A DNA stretch of 64,000 nt, taken from NCBI GenBank assembly GCA_041659225.1, contig JBAZYR010000001.1, positions 15,266-79,265 of the forward strand. The letters are read 5' to 3'. The notes under the pieces were generated by a model. That model ran no database searches and was not told the DNA's origin. It saw only the letters and a program-made list of their open reading frames with translations. Below are positions 30,536 to 40,071 of this stretch, one piece after another. This DNA comes from Candidatus Staskawiczbacteria bacterium (GTDB taxonomy: Bacteria > Patescibacteriota > Minisyncoccia > Minisyncoccales > Staskawiczbacteraceae). Both the position numbers and the translations under genes were made by a program. Every line of letters begins with the position of its first letter. Positions within the stretch are counted from its first letter, which is position 1.

Positions 30536-30564
30536 ATCCCGCTGGCGGCGGGATTTTTTTAAAC
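30536..30564. terminator. Bidirectional terminator between the convergent GH gene and the phosphohexomutase gene
   Basis: aaaaatcccgctggcggcgggattttttt: a GC-rich hairpin with A-tracts and T-tracts on both sides. Confidence 0.65.
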
Positions 30565-30575
30565 TAAAAGTATAA

Positions 30576-31910
30576 TCATTTACTCACTAACTCAGAAAGG
30601 TCCTTTATCTTTTCCTCTAATAGACTTTCGTTATCTGCTTCGATCGTTACTCTCAAAAGCGGCTCGGTGTTTGACGGCCTGACATTAAACCACCAATTCT
30701 CGTACTCAACAGTCACTCCGTCCAAATATTCCTGATTTCCGTCTGAATATTTTTCTTTTACTTTATTCAGAATCGAATCCTTGTCCTCAACTCTAAAGTT
30801 TATTTCCGGAGATTTAAAATATGGGGACAGATTGGCAACCAACTCAGAAACTTTTTTGTTAGACTCGGAAATAATCTGAAGAAGAATCAAAAAAGCTAAA
30901 AAGCCGGAATCGCCGTAATAATTGTCCTTAAAGCAGTAATGGCTAGATAGTTCCCCGCCCATCAATCCATTAGTTTCTATTAATTTATCTTGGACATTAA
31001 CAAACCCAACTGGACATTTAAAGGCTATGCCTCCCAATTTTTTTATTGTTTCTGGAACCGACCTAGAGCATATCGCGTTGTAAACAATGCTCGCGCCGGG
31101 GTTCCGGTCTAAAAAATATTTAGCCAAGAGTAAAAGCGTAACATCTGCTTGCGCAGAATTTCCCCTTTCATCTATCAAGAAAATCCTATCGGCATCGCCA
31201 TCAAAGATAAACCCAAAATCAGCCTTCTCCTTTTTAACTCTTCCCTTAACTTCGTCCATAACACCTTTTTCTAGCGGGTTAGACGGGTGCGCCGGGAAAC
31301 TCCCGTCTAACTCAAAATTTAACGGAATTATTTCAACCGGTAATCGATCAGCTAATAGCGGAACGACTAACCCCGCCATACCGTTACCTGCATCAACCAC
31401 TATTTTTTTAGCCTTCATTTTGCTCAAATCAACCAGAGAAAGAATATAGTCAAGGAAGGCTGGCGTAACATCTACTTTTTCTATCTTACCTTTATCTTTG
31501 CTAGCGAGCAGTCCGACATTCACCACGGTATCGTACAGATCCCTTCCGCGGATCATTCTGAAACCATCGCCTACTTTTTTGATAATCTTAAAGCCATTAT
31601 ATTCTTTCGGATTATGGCTCGCTGTAATCATAACTCCCGCGTCATATCCATATTTACCAATAGTAAAGTACAGGACCTCAGTTGCTATCTTCCCTAGGTC
31701 GCAGACATCGCTTCCAGCCTCAATAACGCCCCTGCAGAGCGCTTCAAATAGCTGGGGCGAGGAAATACGCATATCCCTGCCAATTGCCACCTTTTTAGCA
31801 CCCGTATATTCAACAAGGCCCTGTCCTATGGAATAAGCGGCCTCTTCGTTCATTTCCTCAGGATAAGTCCCGCGGATATCATAAGATTTAAAAATGTTGG
31901 GAGAAATCAT
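30576..31910 (-). CDS. Phosphoglucomutase/phosphomannomutase (alpha-D-phosphohexomutase family)
   Basis: Active-site serine loop TASHNPKEYNGFK, metal-binding loop FDGDADR, sugar-binding GGELSSH. Confidence 0.85.
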   Translation of the reverse strand: MISPNIFKSYDIRGTYPEEMNEEAAYSIGQGLVEYTGAKKVAIGRDMRISSPQLFEALCRGVIEAGSDVCDLGKIATEVLYFTIGKYGYDAGVMITASHNPKEYNGFKIIKKVGDGFRMIRGRDLYDTVVNVGLLASKDKGKIEKVDVTPAFLDYILSLVDLSKMKAKKIVVDAGNGMAGLVVPLLADRLPVEIIPLNFELDGSFPAHPSNPLEKGVMDEVKGRVKKEKADFGFIFDGDADRIFLIDERGNSAQADVTLLLLAKYFLDRNPGASIVYNAICSRSVPETIKKLGGIAFKCPVGFVNVQDKLIETNGLMGGELSSHYCFKDNYYGDSGFLAFLILLQIISESNKKVSELVANLSPYFKSPEINFRVEDKDSILNKVKEKYSDGNQEYLDGVTVEYENWWFNVRPSNTEPLLRVTIEADNESLLEEKIKDLSELVSK

Positions 31911-32000
31911 AATAGTTTATTATATCACTATTGGGCTTGATTATCTAATAGTTTACTGCTATAATACCGATATAAATATTGTTAATATTATATTACCATA

Positions 32001-32432
32001 ATGAAATTATACGAGCTAACTTACCTTGTTTCTACTGAGCTAAAAAACGAGGAAGTAGAAAAAACCGCCTCAGAGATAGATACTTTCTTACAACAAGAGG
32101 GCGCTATTATCATGAAATCGGGCGTAGCTATGCCGAAAACCCTCGGATATCAGATAAAAAGACAGGGATCTGCCTTTATACTAAGCTTAGATTTTAACTC
32201 TGAGCCAGAAACCGCTAAAAAGCTGGAAGAGACGATGAGAAAGAATCCAAGGGTTATACGCTTCTTAGTCATTGCTAAACGACCAGCTAGGGTGAAAAAG
32301 ATAAGGGAGAGGGAAGAAAAAAAGGTGATGAAAGAAGTAGAAATACCAGTAGGAGAAAAATTCAAGAAGAGCGAAAAGAAAGTAGAGTTAAAGGATATCG
32401 AAGAAAAACTCGAGGAAATATTAAGTGAATAA
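32001..32432 (+). CDS. rpsF: 30S ribosomal protein S6 with a K/E-rich C-terminal extension
   Basis: MKLYELTYLVS...; in the rpsF-ssb-rpsR arrangement. Confidence 0.8.
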   Translation: MKLYELTYLVSTELKNEEVEKTASEIDTFLQQEGAIIMKSGVAMPKTLGYQIKRQGSAFILSLDFNSEPETAKKLEETMRKNPRVIRFLVIAKRPARVKKIREREEKKVMKEVEIPVGEKFKKSEKKVELKDIEEKLEEILSE

Positions 32433-32446
32433 ATTAGTAAAAAATT

Positions 32447-32953
32447 ATGAATCTTAATAAAGCTTTCATCCTCGGCAATATAACTCGTAATCCGGAAACC
32501 AGAGCATTGCCATCTGGAAAGCCTGTAGCATCATTCGGTGTAGCAACAAATAGATTCTACACGGATAACACCGGGGTAAAGAAACAGGAAGCTGAGTTTC
32601 ATAATGTAGTAGCCTTCGGAAAATTAGCCGATATTTGCTCCAGATACCTGCAAAAAGGATCCTTAATTCTTGTTGAGGGAAGATTAAAAACAAGCTCGTG
32701 GCAGAATGCCGCCGGTGCCAAACAATTCAAAACAGAAATAATTGCCGACAATATACAAATGGCCCCAAGATCAATGGGCGGAGGCACAGCTAATGCTCCC
32801 CGCGAACCAAGAAGCGAGGAAATCCCAGTGATTGAAGAAAGCTATAATCCACCATTAAGTGAGGAACCAGTTCCCACAGAAGACATATCAGGCCCCATGC
32901 CAGAAATTGGGCAGCAAGAAGATGAAATTGATATAAAAGACATTCCTTTCTAA
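32447..32953 (+). CDS. ssb: Single-stranded DNA-binding protein
   Basis: OB-fold N-terminus MNLNKAFILGNITRNPETRALPSGKPVASFGVATNR...HNVVAFGKLA, and an acidic C-terminal tail ending DIPF. Confidence 0.9.
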   Translation: MNLNKAFILGNITRNPETRALPSGKPVASFGVATNRFYTDNTGVKKQEAEFHNVVAFGKLADICSRYLQKGSLILVEGRLKTSSWQNAAGAKQFKTEIIADNIQMAPRSMGGGTANAPREPRSEEIPVIEESYNPPLSEEPVPTEDISGPMPEIGQQEDEIDIKDIPF

Positions 32954-32972
32954 AAATTAAAACACTATTACT

Positions 32973-33170
32973 ATGTCATGTTATTTCTGCCAAAAAAATA
33001 CTGATGAGATTGACTTCAAAAATACAGGCGTTCTGTCTAAGTTCATCTCCAGTTCATATAAGATAAAAAGCCGCACAAGAAACGGGCTTTGCGCCCGCCA
33101 CCAAAGAGGGGTAAGCAATGCTATAAAAAGAGCGCGCCAGCTTGGGATCATGCCCTACACCCCGAAATAG
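32973..33170 (+). CDS. rpsR: 30S ribosomal protein S18
   Basis: CYFC...IDFKN...LSKFIS...GLCARHQRGVSNAIKRARQLGIMPYT. Confidence 0.85.
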   Translation: MSCYFCQKNTDEIDFKNTGVLSKFISSSYKIKSRTRNGLCARHQRGVSNAIKRARQLGIMPYTPK

Positions 33171-33179
33171 CAAACAAAA

Positions 33180-33205
33180 ACAGCCTCAGCGGGCTGTTTT
33201 TTAGT
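33180..33205. terminator. Bidirectional terminator between rpsR and recA
   Basis: aaaaacagcctcagcgggctgtttttt. Confidence 0.6.
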
Positions 33206-33211
33206 ACATTA

Positions 33212-34213
33212 TTAACCCTTCGGTTTCAGTATCTCCCCTTTTATTTCCTTTATTAACGCTTTATCTTCTTTCAGAGCGTTTTTTGCAGCTTCAAATCCAA
33301 CTCCAATTTTCCTATTTCCAAACTGATAGGTATTGCCGACTTGCTTAATCACGTTGGCCGTTAGGCCGGCTCTCAACACATCAGCTGCCTGAGAAATACC
33401 TTCGTTATAGTAAATATCAAACTCGCAAACTTTAAAGGGGGCTGCAACTTTGTTCTTAACAATCTTAGCCCTGACTCTGTTGCCGATAATCTCATCCCCG
33501 CTTTTAATCTGCGCGGTTCTTGTTAGATTAATCCTTACTGAAGTGTAAAACTTTAAGGCTAATCCTCCCGGAGTAGTTTCTGGATTGCCAAAGACCATGC
33601 CGATTTTCATCCTTGTTTGGTTTATAAATATAACTATCGTATTAGTTTTCGAAACAATACTAGCAAGCTTACGACACGCTTGACTCATGAGACGCGCTTG
33701 AAGCCCCATATGCTGGTCTCCTATCTCCCCTTCGATTTCAACCTTGGGAGTTAAAGCAGCTACAGAATCAATAACAATTACGTCGACATTTCCAGAACGC
33801 ACCAAGGCTTCTACTATCTGTAAAGCCTGTTCACCGGAATCCGGCTGGGATATTAGGAGATCGTCCACTTTTACTCCTATTCTCTGCGCATAATCAGGGT
33901 CTAGAGCATGTTCTGCGTCAACAAAAGCAACCGCTCCTCCCTTCTTTTGAGCTTCAGCTAAGATATGCAGAGACAGGGTTGTCTTGCCAGAACTTTCCGG
34001 CCCAAATATTTCGATAACCCTTCCGCGCGGTATTCCTCCCACGCCCAACGCTAGATCCAAAGAAAAGGAACCACTTGGGATGACGTCAACATCAACAGAC
34101 CGTATCTCTTTTAAGGTCATGATGGTACCCTCCCCGAACCGTTCCTTTATTTCTTCTAAGGCTTCTACCAAGCCCTTTTTTTCTATTTTTTTATCTTGTG
34201 CTTTTTTTACCAT
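33212..34213 (-). CDS. recA: Recombinase RecA
   Basis: Walker [11 protein letters not shown], plus the L1/L2 loops. Confidence 0.95.
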   Translation of the reverse strand: MVKKAQDKKIEKKGLVEALEEIKERFGEGTIMTLKEIRSVDVDVIPSGSFSLDLALGVGGIPRGRVIEIFGPESSGKTTLSLHILAEAQKKGGAVAFVDAEHALDPDYAQRIGVKVDDLLISQPDSGEQALQIVEALVRSGNVDVIVIDSVAALTPKVEIEGEIGDQHMGLQARLMSQACRKLASIVSKTNTIVIFINQTRMKIGMVFGNPETTPGGLALKFYTSVRINLTRTAQIKSGDEIIGNRVRAKIVKNKVAAPFKVCEFDIYYNEGISQAADVLRAGLTANVIKQVGNTYQFGNRKIGVGFEAAKNALKEDKALIKEIKGEILKPKG

Positions 34214-34222
34214 ATATATATT

Positions 34223-36424
34223 TTAAATTTTCTCCCATTCATTATCTCCTTCGCTTTCGTCAGGTCCGCTTACATCTTCTGACGGACCTGATTGAATAAT
34301 GGGTGACTCTGCTCCGCCATAAACCTCCCTTGGCTTTGCTCCGTCAGCAGGACCTACGACTCCTCTTTGCTCTAATATATCAATCAACCGAGCTGCTCTG
34401 GCATAACCAACCTTTAATCTCCTCTGCAAATATGAAGCTGATGCCTTTTTGGTTTCTAAAACTATCTTTTTGCTTTCCTCATATAGCGAATCATTTTGGT
34501 CAGAAGAGAAGGTTTCTCCGCCGCCTTCTTTCTGGTCAGTAGAATCTAACTGTTCTTGCAAACTTTGGGTAAGGAAGGCGGAGGATCCGTCCATTCTGCC
34601 ATTTTGTTTTCCTATAAAACTAGCTACTTTTCTAACGTCCTCTTCAGGAACATATGGAGCCTGTATTCTTCTTGGCCGTATGGATTTTGCGGAGATAAAA
34701 AGCATGTCCCCAGCGCCTAATAGTTTCTCAGCTCCGGCTGCATCTAAAACAGTTCTCGAATCAACCTGGGAAGCAACTTGGAATGTTGCCCTAGAGGTAA
34801 CATTAGCTTTGATCAAACCGGTGATGACCTCTACTGACGGCCGTTGCGTCGCTAAAACCAAATGTATGCCGGTTGCTCTTGCCATTTGAGCTAATCTTAC
34901 AACTCCTGCTTCTATATCTCTTCCACGAGCTGCCATTAGGTCGGCCAACTCATCAATGATTAAAACAATATATGGCAAGGTGGCACCGGCGGCAATAACT
35001 GATTTTGTTTTGTTGTAAGTATTAAGATTACGGGTTGGTATCTCAGAGAAAACCTCAAATCGCCTGCCCATCTCTTTGACCAACCAATTTAAGGCATTAA
35101 TCGTTTTCTGCGGGTCGTAAATAACCGGGCAGAGAAGATGCGGGAGGGCGTTATAGTGTTGGAATTCTACCCGCTTCGGATCAATCAAGATTAATTTCAT
35201 CGCGCTTGGAGAATTTCGATATAACAGGCTCAACACCAAATTGTTCAAGAATATAGTTTTCCCTGTTCCAGTAGATCCCGCTACCAAAAGATGAGGCATC
35301 TCTGCCATGTCAGCATATACCGGCTCTCCTGCGACATTGCGACCCAAAACGAACAGAAGTGAGGCGGGTGAGTTTTGATAAAGAGGACTAGCAACTAAAT
35401 TACGCAAGGAAACAATACTTCTAGTCTGATTCGGAATTTCAATACCAACCAACGACTTTCCCGGTATAGGAGCCTCTATCCTGATTGGATGAGCGGCTAA
35501 AGCTAAAGAAAGATTATTAGAAAGAGTAGTAATTTTTGACAGCTTCACTCCTTCGGCTGGCTTAAATGCATACTGTGTGACAGTAGGACCTACATTAGCC
35601 TCTGCCATTTCGACAGGAATGCCAAAATTCTCCAAGGTCTTTTTTATTATTATAGAGTTCTGTTTAATATTTCCGCTAGTCGGGCTTCCCTCGTTGGCTG
35701 ATAATAAATCAAGCGGCGGAAAGATATATTGTTCTTTCCCGCCAGACGTCTTCTTTCCGTTAACTTTAACTTCTTCTGCTCTGTTGTTTTTAAATAAAGA
35801 TATCTTCGGCTGTATAGCCCGGCTGGGCTCATTCTTTGTTTCGGGTTCTTTTATTTTCAAAATTAAGGGTTTGTCCGGATGCATCATTTTCTGGAACAAA
35901 GACTTCTTTTCCTCTTCCTGCGGTTTGTGCTGCCAAATCGACTGCAGGAATATTATGAAACCGATTACAACAATTGCCCCGAATATTATATCTGCCACCT
36001 GAACCTCAAATAGATTGACAACCAAGTTAGCCATTAAATACCCGAGCCAACCACCCGCTTTCTGAGTCAAATCCTGAGCACCCAAAAGGCCAGCAAAGCC
36101 GAAAATTAAAATAAAAATACCCAAAAATATGGGCAAAAACTTTCCTCTCTGTTTTGGTTTCAAAAATATTAAGCCGCCGAGGATGAAAAGGAAGGGAACG
36201 CTAAAAACTGTCTGTCCAATCAAAAATTTTGCAACTTCTAAAAATAACTGCCCTCCTTTCCCGGATTTATTAAGAAAGCTCAAACTAACAATAACTGCCA
36301 CTAAAAACATTAAGGTGGCTTTAATCCACCTTTTAGTCCTATTGGTTAGAAGGGGCGGTGTTTTATTTTCTTCTTTCCCGCTTTTCTGATTAACCTTCTT
36401 TTTTGGATTTTCGTCTTTAGCCAT
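34223..36424 (-). CDS. ftsK: DNA translocase FtsK/SpoIIIE
   Basis: N-terminal TM helices, Walker A GSTGTGKT, C-terminal gamma (winged-helix) domain, and a basic low-complexity N-terminal tail. Confidence 0.9.
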   Translation of the reverse strand: MAKDENPKKKVNQKSGKEENKTPPLLTNRTKRWIKATLMFLVAVIVSLSFLNKSGKGGQLFLEVAKFLIGQTVFSVPFLFILGGLIFLKPKQRGKFLPIFLGIFILIFGFAGLLGAQDLTQKAGGWLGYLMANLVVNLFEVQVADIIFGAIVVIGFIIFLQSIWQHKPQEEEKKSLFQKMMHPDKPLILKIKEPETKNEPSRAIQPKISLFKNNRAEEVKVNGKKTSGGKEQYIFPPLDLLSANEGSPTSGNIKQNSIIIKKTLENFGIPVEMAEANVGPTVTQYAFKPAEGVKLSKITTLSNNLSLALAAHPIRIEAPIPGKSLVGIEIPNQTRSIVSLRNLVASPLYQNSPASLLFVLGRNVAGEPVYADMAEMPHLLVAGSTGTGKTIFLNNLVLSLLYRNSPSAMKLILIDPKRVEFQHYNALPHLLCPVIYDPQKTINALNWLVKEMGRRFEVFSEIPTRNLNTYNKTKSVIAAGATLPYIVLIIDELADLMAARGRDIEAGVVRLAQMARATGIHLVLATQRPSVEVITGLIKANVTSRATFQVASQVDSRTVLDAAGAEKLLGAGDMLFISAKSIRPRRIQAPYVPEEDVRKVASFIGKQNGRMDGSSAFLTQSLQEQLDSTDQKEGGGETFSSDQNDSLYEESKKIVLETKKASASYLQRRLKVGYARAARLIDILEQRGVVGPADGAKPREVYGGAESPIIQSGPSEDVSGPDESEGDNEWEKI

Positions 36425-36491
36425 TGTTAGGTAAGTAAACTTTAAGAGAGGAACTGTATTCCTGCACCTTAATCTATTATACCCTAACTTT

Positions 36492-39400
36492 CTATTTCTT
36501 AAAACCAGTACCGACTGGAATTAACCTTCCGATAATTACGTTTTCTTTTAATCCCAAGAGAGGATCCTCCTTGCCCTCCAAAGATGCCTTTATCAGAACT
36601 CGAGAAGTCTGTTGGAAGGAAGCAGAAGATAAGAAGCTTTCTGAAGCTAATGCTACCTCGGAAATGCCGAATAATATTTGCTGTCCAATTGGTAATTTTT
36701 TGCCTTGCTTCTTAAGGCGCGCCATTGCTTCATGGTAGACTGTACTGTCGATTACTTCTCCTTTCATCCATTCTCCGTCCCCTTCATCTTTTATCTTTAC
36801 TCTCGAAAACATTTTCTTGACTATTATTTCAATATGCTTGTCGTGTATATCCACGCCCTGTGAGGAATATATTTTCTGAACTTCTTTTATAACATATCGT
36901 TGAGTTTCATCTAAGCCGAGAGTTTTATACATTTTCTTTAAATCCAAACTGCCTCCGCATAAGGGCTGGCTTTCCTTAATCTCATCTCCCAGTTTTACTA
37001 AAATCGCAACCCTTCCAGGTATTTTATACTCAATAGGATCTCTTTTCGGAGAAGACTTCGTAACGCTAGGTTCAATTTTTACAATCCGCTCTTTTTCATC
37101 AAATTTAATAACCTTACCGTCAGTTAACGAAACCACTGCTTCTCCTTTTGGAGCCCTTGCTTCAAATATTTCTTCTACCCGAGGCAAACCCTGCGTAATA
37201 TCCCCTGCACCGGCGACACCACCCAAATGATGAGTTCTTAATGTCAACTGAGTGCCTGGTTCACCAATTGCTTGGGCCGCCACTACTCCGACTGCTTGCC
37301 CTAAATCCACCGCTCTATTTCTTCCAAGGTCCCAACCATAACATTTTTGGCAGGTTCCTCTCAATGTTTTGCAGCTTAACGGAGTATGAGCAACAACTTT
37401 CTCAATTTTCTCTTTCGTAATTAAATCCGCTATCTTCCATGTTATCACCTCCCCTTTCTTAACCAATGTCTTCTTATCTTTAACCACGTCTTCGGCGCAG
37501 ACTCTGCCGACTATTTTGAAGACAAAATCCTGTTCAATATCATCAGCGTCTTTCCGGGAAATTACAGAGCCGGCTTTATCCCCACAATCTTCTTCGGAAA
37601 TTATGACGTCATGAGCGACATCAACAAGGCGTCGGGTAAGATATCCGGCTGAAGATGTTCTTAAGGCCGTATCAGCTGTTCCTTTTCTGGCTCCATGGGT
37701 GGAAATAAAATATTCCAAAACATTAAACCCTTCTGCAAACGAAGACTTAACTGGCAGTTCGATAATATCACCTGCCGGGTTATTCACTAAACCTTTCATA
37801 CCTGCCATTTGTACGGGCTGTGCCCATGTACCCCTAGCCCCTGCGTTGATTATAGAAAATACGGAACCGCCTTTCGGTAGAATTTCCTTCAATAAAACTT
37901 CAAGCTTTGACTTGACAGTTTGCCAAACTAAAACTATTTGTGCGGTCTTTTCGTCTTTTGAAAGCAATCCTTTCTTGTAGTAGCTATTAATCTTATCGAC
38001 TTCCTTTTCAGCTTCCTCTAATAACTTCTCTTTTTCCGGCGGGACAATTAAATCATCCATGCCCCAGCTTACTCCCGATAAAGTCGAATACTCAAATCCA
38101 AGGCTCTTTACTTTATCTAATATCGCAACAGCCTCTTCATTGGAGTATCGGCCGACTAAATCTCTGACTAGTGATTTCAATCCTTTAGCATCGACTATTT
38201 TATCCAAATACGGATAGTCAGCTGGCAAGCTGTTATTTAAGATTACCCTGCCGACAGTTGTTTCAATAATTTCATGCTCCGTTGTCTTGGGGTTAGGAAC
38301 TTTTATTTTCTCCTGTAAATTAAGAAATCCAAGATCAAAGGCTGTGATTGCCTCAGCTTTGCTGGAAAACAATTTAGCTTCCTTTTTCTCTGCCCCAACG
38401 ATTTCTTCATCTATTCGGGTAAGGTAGTAGCAACCGAGTGCTATGTCCCTGAAAGGACCGATAACAGGCATTCCCGTAGCTGGCCTTAAAAGGTTAAGGG
38501 TAGAAGCCATAATTTCTCTTGCTTCTTTCTGCGCCTCTTCTGATAAAGGCAGATAAACAGCCATTTGGTCGCCGTCAAAATCTGAGTTGAATGATTCGCA
38601 AACCAAAGGATGGACCCTTATTGTATCGCCTTCAATTAATACAGTTTGGAATGCTTGTATGCCTAATCTGTGAAGAGTTGGGGCTCTGTTAAGCAAAACC
38701 AATTTTCCCTGGACCACTTCTTCAAGAATTGCCCATACTTCCGGAGTCCTGTCTTCAATTAGTCTTGTTGCTCCACGGATGTTGTAAGACAACTCTTTGT
38801 CTAGAATTCTCTTGATGACAAACGGTTTGAAGATCTCAAGGGCCATATTCTTGGGCAAGCCACACTGACTGTATTTCAAGTCCGGACCAACAGTAATGAC
38901 AGATCTTCCGGAATAATCTACTCTTTTCCCCAAAAGGTTCTGACGGAATCTTCCTTGCTTACCTGCTAATATGGCGGCCAAAGATTTTAAAAGCCGTTTG
39001 CCTCCGGTGGTGGCGGTTGTGGTCACTCCTTTACGCATTTCATTGTCGATCAAAGAGTCGACTGCTTCCTGCAACATTCGCTTTTCGTTTCTAACGATGA
39101 CGGCCGGAGCTGAAATATCTAATAAATATTTCAAGCGGTTATTTCTATTTATTACCCTTCTGTAAAGATCGTTTAAATCAGAAGATGCATATCTTCCACC
39201 CTCCAGCTGAACCATAGGCCTCAAGTCTGGTGGCAAAATTGGTAAGATTGTCATAAACATCCATTCCGGACGAACGCCTGCTTTCAGCATGCCTTGGAAA
39301 AGCTTTAATCTTCTTAACACTCTTTTCCTATTAACTGGCAAGACTTCTTTGCTCTCCTTTTCCAATTCTGAAACAGTTTTTTTCAAATCAATCTTCTCGA

Positions 39401-40055
39401 AAATAGAGCGGATTGCTTCAGCCCCTGTCCCTGCCTCAAAAACCTCGCCGTATTTCAAGGATAGGTTATGGTACACGGCTTCAGATAACACCCTGAGGGT
39501 CTCTATCTCCAATACTTCCTCTCTCGCTCTATCTCTTGCTTGTTTTAACTCTAACTTTAAAGCGTTGGTTTTCTCCTTCCTGACCTTTCTTTTGTACTCT
39601 TGTTCAATATCTTCTAGAATCTTTTTCTTGGCGTCTAAATTTACGCTTGTAACTATGTATGAGGAGAAGTATATGACTTTTTCTAACTGCTGGGACGATT
39701 TGTTCAAAACAAGACCCATTCTGGATGGAACCCCTCTTAAAAACCAAATATGCGAAACCGGGGCATATAGCTTGATATGTCCCATTCTTTCTCTTCTCAC
39801 TTGAGACTTAGTAACCTCAACACCGCAACGGTCGCACACCACTCCTTTGTATCTGATTCTTTTATATTTACCACACGCGCACTCATAGTCTTTTTCAGGA
39901 CCGAATATTTGCTCGCCAAAAAGACCATCTTTCTCTGGTTTTTGAGTCCTATAGTTAATCGTTTCAGGCCTGGTGACCTCGCCATGTGACCAGGACAAAA
40001 TCTCCTCAGGTGAAGCGACTTTTATTCTAATTGCCTCAATATCTATTACACGCAT
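36492..40055 (-). CDS. rpoC: DNA-directed RNA polymerase subunit beta'
   Basis: Zinc-binding CxCGKYKRIRYKGVVCDRCGVEV near the N-terminus, the NADFDGDQM catalytic motif, 1187 aa. Confidence 0.95.
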   Translation of the reverse strand: MRVIDIEAIRIKVASPEEILSWSHGEVTRPETINYRTQKPEKDGLFGEQIFGPEKDYECACGKYKRIRYKGVVCDRCGVEVTKSQVRRERMGHIKLYAPVSHIWFLRGVPSRMGLVLNKSSQQLEKVIYFSSYIVTSVNLDAKKKILEDIEQEYKRKVRKEKTNALKLELKQARDRAREEVLEIETLRVLSEAVYHNLSLKYGEVFEAGTGAEAIRSIFEKIDLKKTVSELEKESKEVLPVNRKRVLRRLKLFQGMLKAGVRPEWMFMTILPILPPDLRPMVQLEGGRYASSDLNDLYRRVINRNNRLKYLLDISAPAVIVRNEKRMLQEAVDSLIDNEMRKGVTTTATTGGKRLLKSLAAILAGKQGRFRQNLLGKRVDYSGRSVITVGPDLKYSQCGLPKNMALEIFKPFVIKRILDKELSYNIRGATRLIEDRTPEVWAILEEVVQGKLVLLNRAPTLHRLGIQAFQTVLIEGDTIRVHPLVCESFNSDFDGDQMAVYLPLSEEAQKEAREIMASTLNLLRPATGMPVIGPFRDIALGCYYLTRIDEEIVGAEKKEAKLFSSKAEAITAFDLGFLNLQEKIKVPNPKTTEHEIIETTVGRVILNNSLPADYPYLDKIVDAKGLKSLVRDLVGRYSNEEAVAILDKVKSLGFEYSTLSGVSWGMDDLIVPPEKEKLLEEAEKEVDKINSYYKKGLLSKDEKTAQIVLVWQTVKSKLEVLLKEILPKGGSVFSIINAGARGTWAQPVQMAGMKGLVNNPAGDIIELPVKSSFAEGFNVLEYFISTHGARKGTADTALRTSSAGYLTRRLVDVAHDVIISEEDCGDKAGSVISRKDADDIEQDFVFKIVGRVCAEDVVKDKKTLVKKGEVITWKIADLITKEKIEKVVAHTPLSCKTLRGTCQKCYGWDLGRNRAVDLGQAVGVVAAQAIGEPGTQLTLRTHHLGGVAGAGDITQGLPRVEEIFEARAPKGEAVVSLTDGKVIKFDEKERIVKIEPSVTKSSPKRDPIEYKIPGRVAILVKLGDEIKESQPLCGGSLDLKKMYKTLGLDETQRYVIKEVQKIYSSQGVDIHDKHIEIIVKKMFSRVKIKDEGDGEWMKGEVIDSTVYHEAMARLKKQGKKLPIGQQILFGISEVALASESFLSSASFQQTSRVLIKASLEGKEDPLLGLKENVIIGRLIPVGTGFKK

Positions 40056-40071
40056 GGTTAATAGTTTTTAA